A stretch of DNA of 64,000 nucleotides from Octopus vulgaris (Eukaryota), in the NCBI GenBank assembly GCA_951406725.2, contig OX597817.1, positions 168,392,001-168,456,000 of the forward strand, written 5' to 3'. The translations under genes and the position numbers were made by a program. This document shows positions 51,200 to 61,939 of this stretch, one piece after another (the stretch's first letter is position 1; the number at the start of each line of letters is the position of its first letter). The notes under the pieces were generated by a model. The model saw only the letters and a program-made list of their open reading frames with translations, ran no database searches and was not told the origin of the DNA.

Positions 51200-53770
51200 G
51201 CTTAATTGACATTATAACTTTCATGTAATAAATTGGTGTGTCTTAACATATATTAACTGATGTCATAACATGTACTGTATCCTAATTCATGTTAAAATAT
51301 TTTCTGTGCCATAATTGATGCTTTGACACCTGTTATACTTTAACTAATGTTTTAACACTCACCATGGTGTCAGAATACCTGCCATGTCTAAACTAATGTT
51401 ATAATTTCTATTATATCATGATTGATGTATTGATATCTATCATATTTTAACTGCTGTCATAACTTTTATCATTTCATATTGGCTATCATAGCACTGACCA
51501 TAATTCAACTGATGTCATATTACACACCATATCATAACTGATGTCATGACATTTTATCTGCTGTCATAACATCTACATGTCTTAACCAATATCATAAAAT
51601 CTACTCTATCATAACCGATGTCTTGGTATTTATAAAATTTTGGAGGGTGCCATAAACATTGTCATTTCATAAATGATGTCATACATTAAATTATAAATGA
51701 TGCTATAATATCTAGTATATCGTAACAGATATTATATCTGTTATAAAAGGCGGCGAGCTGGCAGAAACGTTAGCACGCCGGGCGAAATGCTTAGTGGTAC
51801 TTCGTCTGCTGTTACATTCTGAGTTAAAATTCTGCCGAGGTCGACTTTGCCTTTCATCCTTTCGGGGTCGATAAATTAAGTACCAGTTACGCACTGGGGT
51901 CGATGTAATTGACTTAATCCGTTTGTCTGTCCTTGTTTGTCCACTCTGTGTTTAGCCCCTTGTGGGTAGTAAAGGAATAAGTAACAGATATAATATCTGT
52001 CATGTCATAACTGTTGGCATAGCACATTGTAACTGATATAATACCTTCTTTTCAGACCTGTATTGTAACTGATATCCTACCATTTATCTATCACAATTAC
52101 TATTTTAACACCCATCATATTGTAACAGTTGTTATAACTTTTTCATGTCATAACTGATATCATAATACCTGCCATGTTATAACTTATGTAAGTGGTATAA
52201 TATCTGGTATGCTTCAGCATCTGTCAATTTAGCCATGTTATAACTAACTGATCTAATGTGGCGATTGTTTATCACCATCATCATTGTCATTGTCACACTC
52301 AGCATCATCATCATCACCACCACCACCACCATCATCATCATTTGTCTGTTCACTCTGTTGACATGGGTTTGATAGGTCACTATAGTTTGAGTTCTAATTC
52401 TGAGGTTGGAGGATCATGTCTTGCCTGTATATTTAATTTTTGGCTTAGTTTAATATCTGGATGCTACTCTTGTTACCACCCACTTTATTGAATGTACTTG
52501 GTGCATTTTATCATGGCACCAGCATTAGAGAGGTTATCATGTCTTTGACAAGACAAGACTAAAGGGTTTTCTGGATTCTCTATTCTCTCCATGCTGGGGG
52601 CATTTTATTGTGACTCTAGCACCAGTGAGATTACATCGTACCCTGAAAGACACGAGTCCCACATACCTCTTTGTCACTGTTCTAAGCAATGAGATCATAG
52701 TGTGGGTAAAGGAGGACCTCTCCAAACTCTCAGGTCCACAGGTGGTCGATCTGCGCAGATGGAACCGCGAATGGCTTGCTATCTCCAGTGACCTCGCACA
52801 GGACTGTCGAGTGTAGGCCATCAGGACCAGAGAAGAAGCCGGCTCAACCCACCCTGGGCGAATGCCGTCACAAGTACAAGTAAGTGTGGGTAAAGATGAT
52901 GATTGGTGAAGTTTGAGAAAGAGGTGTGTGTACGAAGCAGGAGAACAAAATGATTGAGCTGAATGATAGAAAAAGAGGCTGAAATGGGAAAAACAGTTAT
53001 GAGAGAGAGAGAGAGAGAGAGAAAGAAACTAATGGAAGCTACATGGTTGCTGGTAAGAGAGATAGTGAGTGATAGATTGTCATGGAAATGGGTAGAGGTA
53101 AGAGTGGCCTGGGGAGAGAAAGTGGCCTGGGGAGAGAAAGTGGCCTGGGGAGAGAAAGTGGGAATGGTACCTGGCTGTATAGAGAGTGTGTGTGTAATGG
53201 GTAGTCAGAGAGTGACCTGAGAGAAGGGGAATGATGACAAGCATCACAGGAGGGTAAATGGCAAGATGTATTGGATACTAGCAGAGATGATGTAATCTTT
53301 TGTTACTCAGGCAGAAAGATGGAAGAGAGAGAGACAAGTGGAGAGCTATGGACAGCTGTAGAGGAGATTGCATATGAATAGATCTAAAATTATCCTTCAT
53401 TACAGGTGACATAGCACAGTGAACAAGAGACTGGATGATAAATGGAAAGATATTGAATAGCAGAAGGGTTAGAAGATGAAGACTTATAAAATTGGCAAAA
53501 GATCTCGGTTCGGATCTATATATCCTCACCTCCTTAACCAGTGTTGCAATATCTGCTTCTTGCAGCAGATACAATGTCTACCATGTTATAATTGATATCA
53601 TAACATTTACTATTCTGTAATGCAGTGTTACATTATCCAATATGTTGTGACTGATGTCATAATCTCGCTTCTATCACAACTGATATCATAATGTCTTTCA
53701 TACTGAACTGATATCATTGCATCTATCATATTATAACCAATGTCATAATTTTTACTGTTATAATACATCA
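51200..53770. repeat. Ancient degenerate tandem repeat (tcataactgatgtcataaca-like), interrupted by TEs
   Basis: Recurring cataac/tgatgtc/tgatatc motifs at 51200-52260 and 53580-53770. Confidence 0.5.
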
Positions 53771-53827
53771 ATATGATGAGCCAATGAGAGAGCCTGTGTA
53801 GTCATGTGACATGATAGAAATGGTAAA

Positions 53828-54252
53828 AAGGCAGTGAGCTGGAAAAGGTGGCGAGCTGGCAGAATCATTAGCAAGCCAGGCGAAATGCTTAGCAGTATTT
53901 CGTCTGCCGTTACGTTCTGAGCTCAAATTCCGCTGAGGTCGACTTTGTGTTTCATCCTTTTGGGGTCGATTAAATAAGTACCAGTTACACACTGGGGTTG
54001 ATGTAATCGATTTGTCTGTCATTGTTTGTCCCCTCTGTGTTTAGCCCCTTGTGGGTAGTAAAGAAATAGGTATTTCGTCTGCTGTTACGTTCTGAGTTCA
54101 AATTCCGCCAAGGTCGACTTTGCCTTTCATCCTTTCGCGGTCAATAAATTAAGTACCAGTTACTCACTGGGTTCGATCTAATCAACTTAATCCCTTTGTT
54201 TGTCCTTGTTTGTCTCCTCTATATTTAGCCCCTTGTGGGCAATAAAGAAATA
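53828..54252 (+). mobile_element. SINE family A dimer
   Basis: Same internal junction. TSD agaaatggtaaa. Confidence 0.85.
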
Positions 54253-56468
54253 AGAAATGGTAAACAATTTTCCTCAGATTGTACCTCTATCAGCTTTAAA
54301 AGAAAGAAAGAATAAATATCAAGGATACATGAGATAATTTAGTTATGGATAACCAAAAAGGTTGGCTGGTCACATCTGGAACGTCTTTGATCATAGATCT
54401 GCTCAACAAAGACAACAAACAGAATGACAAGCACTTACTCTTTTACTCTTTTACTTGTTTCAGTCATTTGACTGCGGCCATGCTGGAGCACCGCCTTTAG
54501 TCGAGCAAATCGACCCCGGGACTTATTCTTTTTGTTAGCCCAGTACTTATTCTATCGGTCTCTTTTGCCGAACCGCTAAGTGACGGGGACGTAAACACAC
54601 CAGCATCGGTTGTCAAGCGATGCTAGGGGGACAAACACAGACACACAAACACACATACATACATACATATATATACATATATATATATATATATACATAT
54701 ATACGACAGGCTTCTTTCAGCTTCCGTCTACCAAATCCACTCACAAGGCATTGGTCGGCCTGGGGCTATAGCAGAAGACACTTGCCCAAGATGCCACGCA
54801 GTGGGGCTGAACCCGGAACCATGTGATTGGTTAGCAAGCTACTTACCACACAGCCACTCATACATACATCTTATATTAAAACATGTCATATATTCTGCTC
54901 TCTTATGACAATACAAGCTGGTTATTAATACTGTTGGAATGGCATCCAAGGCCAAAAGATTATTAACTTCATTATGATCTTTTTATCTTTTACATGTTTC
55001 AGTCATTAGACTGTGGCCATGCTGGGGCACTGCCTTAAGGAATTTTCAGGTGAATGAATCAACACAAGTACTTATTTTTTGTTAAGCTTGGTACTTATTC
55101 TATTGGTCTCTTTTGCTGAACCACTGACTTACTGGGGATGTAAACACACCAACACTGGTTGTCAAGTGGTACTGGAGGACACAGACACACACACACACAC
55201 ACAACAGGCTTCTTTCAGTTTTTATCAACCAACTGCACTCACAAGGTACCACTCACACTTGCCCAAGGTACCATGCAGTGGGACTGAACTGAGAACCATG
55301 TGGTTGGGAAGTAAGCCTTTTACCACACAGCCACACCTGCACCAATGATATAAATATAAGTCATTGGAATCTCGAATAAAATGCATTGTGATATTGATCC
55401 TGGCTCCTTGCATTCTGATTTCAAATCCTGCCAAGGTCAACTTAGTCCTTCATCTATCAGGGCTTCATTGAAAAAAAAAGAAGAAAAAAAAGAATCAATT
55501 CTAGAATAGTGGATTGGTGGAATTGTTGGAGTGTCCACCAAGGATGCCTTGTGGTATTTGTTACATCTGTTTGCATCATGAATTCAAATCCCATAGTAGC
55601 TTATTGGGTTGCTAGATTTATTCTGTTATCTGGTTTAATATTTACAAACTGGCTTTTGAATGTTTTGTTGAGGAGTTTACTCTCGTGCAAGTATTCAGGA
55701 CTGGTCCCTGGTTTGAGAATTCCTTCTTGCTTTCTCCTCACCAGTTTTAAATGTCCTGAAAAGGGCCGTGAGCACTGTTTTCTTTCCTAATTGATAAAAA
55801 AACAGTCCACTTGGGCATGGCTGTGTGATTAAGAAGCTCGCTTTGCAACTCCGTGGTTTCAGGTTCAGTCCCACTGCACAGCACCTTGGGCAAGTGTCTT
55901 CTACTATAGTTCCAACCAATGTTTGTGAGTGAATTTGGTGGATGGTGGCACGTAAAAGCACCCACTACACTCTCAGAGTGGTTGGCGTTAGGAAGGGCAT
56001 CCAGCTGTAGAAACTCTGCCAGATCAGATTGGAGCCTGGTGCAGCCATCTGGTTCGCCAGTCCTCAGTCAAATCATCCAACCCATGCTAGCATGGAAAGC
56101 GGACGTTAAACGAAGATGATGATGATGATGAAACTGTGAAACCCTACCTTATATACATATTTGTGTGTATATGTCTTTGTGTTAATGTTTATCTCCCCAC
56201 CACTTGACAATCAATGTTGGTTTGTTTACATCCCTGTAACTTAACAGTTTAGCACAAGAGACCAACAAAATAAGTACCAGACTTAAAAATAAAAATAAAT
56301 TTTGGGGTTGATTAGTTCAACTAAATCCTTCAAGTTGGTGCCCCAGCATGACTACAGTCCTGTGACTGAAACAAGTGAAAGATAAAAGTTAGAGATATTG
56401 TTATCCATCCACTAGTCAGCTGACTACTATTTTAGGATGATATTAACACTGGCATTTAAGATATAGAG

Positions 56469-56930
56469 AATACCAAACTCATTACCTATGGATACCATAT
56501 TTATTACGAGTGGCTTGTAAACATATCTAACGAGCGAAAGCGAGTTAGATACATTTACAAGCCACTCGTTGTAATAAATACGGTATCCATAGGGAATGAG
56601 TTTGGTATTTTATTTATTACACACGAATAAACGACCATATTTTATTAACCCAATAACTAAATTCTTCACGTTTAGTTGTAACTTATGAATGACAAAAGTA
56701 GTGCCGTCACCGTGACCTCAAGTCATCACCATGGATTGACCAATCAGAAGCAGCGCTGTCACCGTGACCTCGGGTCATCACCATGGATTGACCAATCAGA
56801 AGCAGCGCTGTCACCGTGACCTCGGGTCATCACCATGGATTGACCAATCAGAAGCAGCGCTCGCAGTATCTGACATATGTTAGATACCAAAAATATCTCA
56901 AAGTGTTCTCCCTCACGTGTGTGTAATAAA
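56469..56930. mobile_element. Palindromic non-autonomous element (possibly Crypton-like) with a 3 x 52-bp internal tandem
   Basis: Imperfect palindrome at 56469-56609 centred on acgagcgaaagcgagt. 52-bp units start at 56706, 56758 and 56810. An inner inverted pair reads tttattacacacg / cgtgtgtgtaataaa. Confidence 0.55.
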
Positions 56931-57328
56931 AAAGCTTACCAATGTTTTGGTGGCCATCATGTTTGTTAAGTTGTTAGTACATTTGTGTTTAGGCGAAGTT
57001 GTGTGGCTAAGTGGTTGGGGTATGTGGCTCATTATCATAAGGTCATGAGTTCAAAAACCAGCGGTGCATTGTGTCCATGAGCAAAATGCTTTATTTCACA
57101 TTGCTCCACTCCACTCAGCTGGTAAGAATGAGTAGTACCTGTAATTCAAAGGGCCAACCTTGTCACATTCTTTGTCACACTGAATTTCCCTGAGGACCAT
57201 GTTAAGGGCACATGTGTCTGTGGAGTGCTCAGCCACTTGCACATCAATTTCATGAGCAGGCTGTTCTGTTGATTGGATCAATTGGAACCCTTGTCATCAT
57301 AACTGATAGGTTGTCAGCATTGCAGTGT

Positions 57329-57676
57329 TTGACCCTTTAATATTCAAACTGGCCATATCAGGCCCAAATATTCAACTTATTTTATGTTCAAATTGACCTC
57401 TCACACCTACCCTATGATGCTTTCTACTTTAGGGACAAGGCCTCAAATTAGTGGGGAGGGGACTAGTCGATCACGTCGACCCCCAGTGTTTCACTGGTGC
57501 TTATTTTATCGACCCCGAAAGGATGAAAGGCCACCTACCCTATAAAGTGATTCTAAAAATATACAATAACATCATCAAAGTCTCAAAGCTACAAGATAAT
57601 GCATGATTAATTCAAAACAATATCAATAATGAAGCATTACATTTGAGAGAGAGTAATATGAATGTTAAAGGGTTAA
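57329..57676. mobile_element. piggyBac-type MITE with an inserted SINE fragment
   Basis: CCCTTT...AAAGGGTTAA termini. The internal insertion at about 57420-57531 is flanked by duplicated cacctaccctat. Confidence 0.65.
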
Positions 57677-58562
57677 GTTTTCAGTTCACTGATGTTTAAT
57701 TTGTAAATACATTCGTGTTTAAACATAAACATGCATCACGGCACTGATAACATAATGTTTAGGTAGATTGTCAGTACACTTCTCATGGAAGTTGACTCCA
57801 AATCGAGAACAAATTTCCCCCCTAGGCTGTGCGAGATAACATTGCACATGTCGGCTCTGAGACAGTGCACTGTCCTGTGTCCCACATAAATTCACAAACA
57901 TCATGCCGGTGGCACGTAAAAAATACCCACTACACTCTCGGAGTGGTTGGTGTTAGGAAGGGCATCCAGCTGTAGAAACTGCCAGATCAAGATTGGAGCC
58001 TGGTGCAGCCATCTGGTTCGCCAGACCTCAGTCAAATCGTCCAACCCATTCTAGCATGGAAAGTGGACGTTAAATGACGACGATGATGATGATGATGATG
58101 TCATGTGGGCCTGACCACTAGGCTTGAACATGCCCACTGGGTTACAGAAAAAAGTGAAGTGACAGTACACTAGTGTCTAAATTGTTAGCACACTAGTGGT
58201 TACATTGTAAGCACTTTGTTGTCACAGTTATTAGTTCACTAGTGTTTAGGTTATCAACATGTGTTTAGATTCTCAATTGACCTGTGTTTAAGTAGGCAAC
58301 TTTAAATGTTTAAGAAGCCAGTACATTTGTGTTTAGGCCAACAGGACTGGTCTCTAGTTTATTGGCATGCTAATGTTTAGGCTGTCAAGACACAATATTT
58401 AGGTTATCAGTTGACCAGTGTTTAAGTAGTTATAATATTAGCATTCAATTTGTTGGCATGGTAACATTTAGGCTGTCATCTAACATCTCAGATGCAAGAG
58501 ATAAAAAAAAAATGAATGTACAACGGCTAGAAAAAAGATCCAAGAAGATTTAAAAGAAAATC

Positions 58563-58672
58563 TTTATTCATATATATATATTTTTTTTGTCAGATGAAGA
58601 AATAGTTTGATACATGTATTTAGTTACATAGATTGCTTTTTATGGGACATTACAAACAAAACACATTTTATT
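58563..58672 (-). promoter_or_regulatory. Candidate polyadenylation signals of LRRN
   Basis: AATAAA on the minus strand at 58667-58672 and 58563-58568, about 105 and 210 nt after the stop codon. The context is AT-rich, so they could be chance matches. Confidence 0.35.
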
Positions 58673-58776
58673 ATTGCCTTGATTTATAGCTTTGCATTGA
58701 AGGTTTTGGAAAATTTGGTGCGTTCTTTAGAAAATTTCACATGGAGTTTTATGAACTTTGGGAAATTTTGAAATGG

Positions 58777-60930
58777 TCAAGCTTGAGAATGTGAGATGAG
58801 AGATGTCCTTGATGAACAGATTGGTGTACTGGGAGGATGGTAGAGGTTTTCCAGAGGAATATGGGACAGAGGCTCCATTCTGTCATGACCGAATGGTTCT
58901 TCATATTCTTTTCTTTTCCGGAAGCGCTTGGCAACTGCAATGAAGCAGATGACTGTAAGTGTGACGCTAATTGCCACAATAATTCCCATCACCACCTTGA
59001 CATCTACAATCTTGGTAATTCCAGATTTGTCTCCTTCAAGTTTTGTCGTTACATTTATACAATGAAGTTTTAGCAGTTCTGAGTTGATTTGGTATAAAAT
59101 ACACAACTCATACATGGTGTGTGGCTTCAATCCCGTTATTGTGCAACGATGCATGCGTGATTTCAGGTAAATAACATTGTATTCACTGTCTTTGACACTT
59201 TCCTTGTAGTGGATTTGATATTTGTCCAGTAGCATGAGTGACTCACTTCCATTGAGAATAATTGTGATGTACGTATTGGAAGTCTTGCCAGTTATAATGT
59301 TTAGCCGACCTGATAAGACTTCGACTGACGCAGATCTTGTGTCATTACCCTTGATATTTTCCGCAACACATTTGTAACTCCCTGAATTGTTGAGACGTGC
59401 AAATCGGACGTAGTATAGACCATTATTGATTTCAGTTTGTTTTTCCGGATTAGTTTGGTTCTTTTTGGCTCCTTTGCCCACTAACCAATGGATTTGTGGC
59501 AGGGGTACACCAATGGCTAAACATTCTAGTGAAATTGGTTCCCCTATAGAAGTTTCAAAGTGTTTTGGAAATGAAGGAAGTGTTGTCGGAGGACAGGATT
59601 CTGGGATTTCATTCACACGGATCTTACTCAGCAGCGTTTTGTTGTTTGAGAAATCACAGATGATTTTGTTAGCATCATGGAACTCTATTCTGCTTTTGTT
59701 ACCAGTGCTAGCTAGTTCCTTTAAGATCCAGTGGATATTACAGTCACACCTCAGTGGGTTGTGATACAAGTGAATGTTAGTGCAATTTGGAAGGCTTGCT
59801 TTTAGCGTGTAAGGTAGTGCCCACAACTTGTTATTGTGCAGATAGAGTTTCTGGAGATTCGGCACCTGGCTGAAGGCAGTTGGATGGATGAAGAGCAAAT
59901 TTTTATTATCATGCATTTGCAGGATAGTCAGTTTTGGCAGGTGGTGGAATGAATTGTTTTGAATACTTTTCAGAAGGGGTAAAAAACTTAGTGATATCTC
60001 ACTTATGTTGAGATGGTGAAATTCCTCTGACTTTACCGTTTCAAAAGAGTTTGCGTCTAATATCAAAATATCCAGGCTGGGCAAAGGCCTTACCTCCTGT
60101 GAAGGGATATTAGTAAGTCGGTTATTGGACAGATTTAACACACACAGTTTACTCAACCCTCGGAAAGCATTTACTTCTATCACTCTGATTTGGTTGCCAG
60201 TTAAATTAAGGGTTGAAAGAAGTGGCAACTCCCTGAATACATCATCGGTCAGCTTTCTCAGATCATTCTTCGATAAAAGGAGCTCACTAACAGATTTGAT
60301 TCTCTGAAACCAGTCAGGGTTCACTGATGTTAATCCGTTACCTTCTAAATTTAAGACTTGAAGATTATTCAATCCTCCAAATGCATCTTTTCCAATTGAA
60401 TGCAGCCGGTTATAAGACAAGTCTAATACCCTAAGGTTTTTCAGTCCTGTGAAAGCACCATCCTGCAAAGTTTTTAATAAATTATTATGTAAATTTAATA
60501 CTTCAAGTAATCCATAAAGGAAGAACTGCCAGTGACTCTTAAATTTACTAATCTGGCTGGAGGAGAGATCAAGAATTTTCAGATTTTTCAGGTGAGGTAA
60601 TTCTTGGACAATTTTAAATTTGTTTTTGGACAATAGAAAAGCTTCTGCTAAGTTATTGGAGATATTTGGCATTGAAACCAAATTGCTGTTACTGCAGTTA
60701 ATTGTTTTTAGATTCTTATAGTTGGCATAAGAAACCACATCACATGTGCAGTTTGTTGCACAATGTGTTGTCCATGGATTTCTTAGTGGATTATCTCGGA
60801 TTGGCTGCGGATTGGGTGCCAGCACTTGGTTGCTGGTAATGTTGTCTCTATTGCTCTTAATTCCATGGACAGAATTGATAATGGTAATGAGTGAGAGCAC
60901 ACCTAACAGACTGTATACAGGTGACCTCAT
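58777..60930 (-). CDS. LRRN: Leucine-rich repeat neuronal protein (LRRN1/2/3-like; signal peptide-LRRNT-LRRs-LRRCT-Ig-FN3-TM), 717 aa, single coding exon
   Basis: Uninterrupted 717-aa ORF with an in-frame TGA two codons upstream of the ATG. Contains a signal peptide, CATNCTC..INCS LRRNT, about 12 LxxLxLxxNxL repeats, NPLRCDC LRRCT, an Ig domain (LECLAIGVPLPQIHW...GSYKCVAEN), FN3 (LKPHTMYELCI), TM VVMGIIVAISVTLTVICFIAVA followed by KRFRKRK, and a tail motif IPLENLY. Confidence 0.95.
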   Translation of the reverse strand: MRSPVYSLLGVLSLITIINSVHGIKSNRDNITSNQVLAPNPQPIRDNPLRNPWTTHCATNCTCDVVSYANYKNLKTINCSNSNLVSMPNISNNLAEAFLLSKNKFKIVQELPHLKNLKILDLSSSQISKFKSHWQFFLYGLLEVLNLHNNLLKTLQDGAFTGLKNLRVLDLSYNRLHSIGKDAFGGLNNLQVLNLEGNGLTSVNPDWFQRIKSVSELLLSKNDLRKLTDDVFRELPLLSTLNLTGNQIRVIEVNAFRGLSKLCVLNLSNNRLTNIPSQEVRPLPSLDILILDANSFETVKSEEFHHLNISEISLSFLPLLKSIQNNSFHHLPKLTILQMHDNKNLLFIHPTAFSQVPNLQKLYLHNNKLWALPYTLKASLPNCTNIHLYHNPLRCDCNIHWILKELASTGNKSRIEFHDANKIICDFSNNKTLLSKIRVNEIPESCPPTTLPSFPKHFETSIGEPISLECLAIGVPLPQIHWLVGKGAKKNQTNPEKQTEINNGLYYVRFARLNNSGSYKCVAENIKGNDTRSASVEVLSGRLNIITGKTSNTYITIILNGSESLMLLDKYQIHYKESVKDSEYNVIYLKSRMHRCTITGLKPHTMYELCILYQINSELLKLHCINVTTKLEGDKSGITKIVDVKVVMGIIVAISVTLTVICFIAVAKRFRKRKEYEEPFGHDRMEPLSHIPLENLYHPPSTPICSSRTSLISHSQA

Positions 60931-61072
60931 TCTTCATTCTATGCTGACTTGAATTGAATGATAAAACCATAAATCGGACAGTGTTGCATGCTGCTATTCT
61001 TTGGATTACTGCTTCACACCAGGCGAGAGATTTTCTCTTGTGCAGCCATCATCTCTTGTAACCATAGAATAT

Positions 61073-61110
61073 CTGAAATAAACACAAATAACAGAAATCA
61101 GTAAAGAAAT
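61073..61110 (-). promoter_or_regulatory. 3' splice acceptor for the LRRN coding exon (5'UTR intron)
   Basis: The minus strand reads atttctttactgatttctgttatttgtgtttatttcAG|atattct. This is a strong polypyrimidine tract plus TTTCAG, 142 nt upstream of the ATG. Confidence 0.7.
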
Positions 61111-61666
61111 ATAGACTTACACTGATATAAATATTTAATACCCTGTACACTATACACCCTGTATACAACATACACTTAACTGAATCTTTCAAACAACATT
61201 CATATAATCCAATACTCTTTTCTAGTAACTGTATCCAAGACTTGAGTTATCCAATATATTGAATATATATTTTTCAGTGAAGAGAGATTTGGCTGTTATA
61301 TTTAGCAAGTTGAGCAACGCGTTTGCAAAAAACCATATCCCATAAGGCAACATAAAACACAAACCCAATAACACAGTAAAAGCCAACCTGATAGAAACCA
61401 GAGATAACTTCAAACACTACACCAATACCACATAACCGAATGAAACACACACGTACACATGTGGAGAAAATAAATAAAATAATGATAATGAAACAAACCC
61501 AGGTGTGGCTGTGTGGTAAGAAGCTTGCTTCCCAACCACATGGTTCCGGGTTCAGTCCCACTGCATGGCACCTTTGGCAAGTGTTTCCTACTATAGCCTT
61601 GGGCCAACCAAAGCCTTGTGAGTGGATTTGGCAGACAGAAACTGAAAGAAGCCCATTGTATGTATG

Positions 61667-61718
<52 letters not shown>

Positions 61719-61939
61719 TATATGTTTGTGTGCCTGTATTTGTCACCCCACCTTCACTTGACAACCAATGTTGGTGTGTTTAAGTTCCCGTAACTTAGCG
61801 GTTCGGCAAAAGAGACCGATGGCATAAGTTCTAGGCTTACAAAGAATAAGTCCTAGGATCGATTTGTTTGACTAAAGGCAGTGCTCCAGCATGGCCACAG
61901 TCAAATGCCTGAAACAAGTAAAAGAATAAAAGAATAACA

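Noticed and set aside
58837-60952. Short plus-strand ORFs overlapping LRRN
   Set aside because: They are antisense shadows of the LRRN CDS, and none resembles the missing IMMP2L exons.
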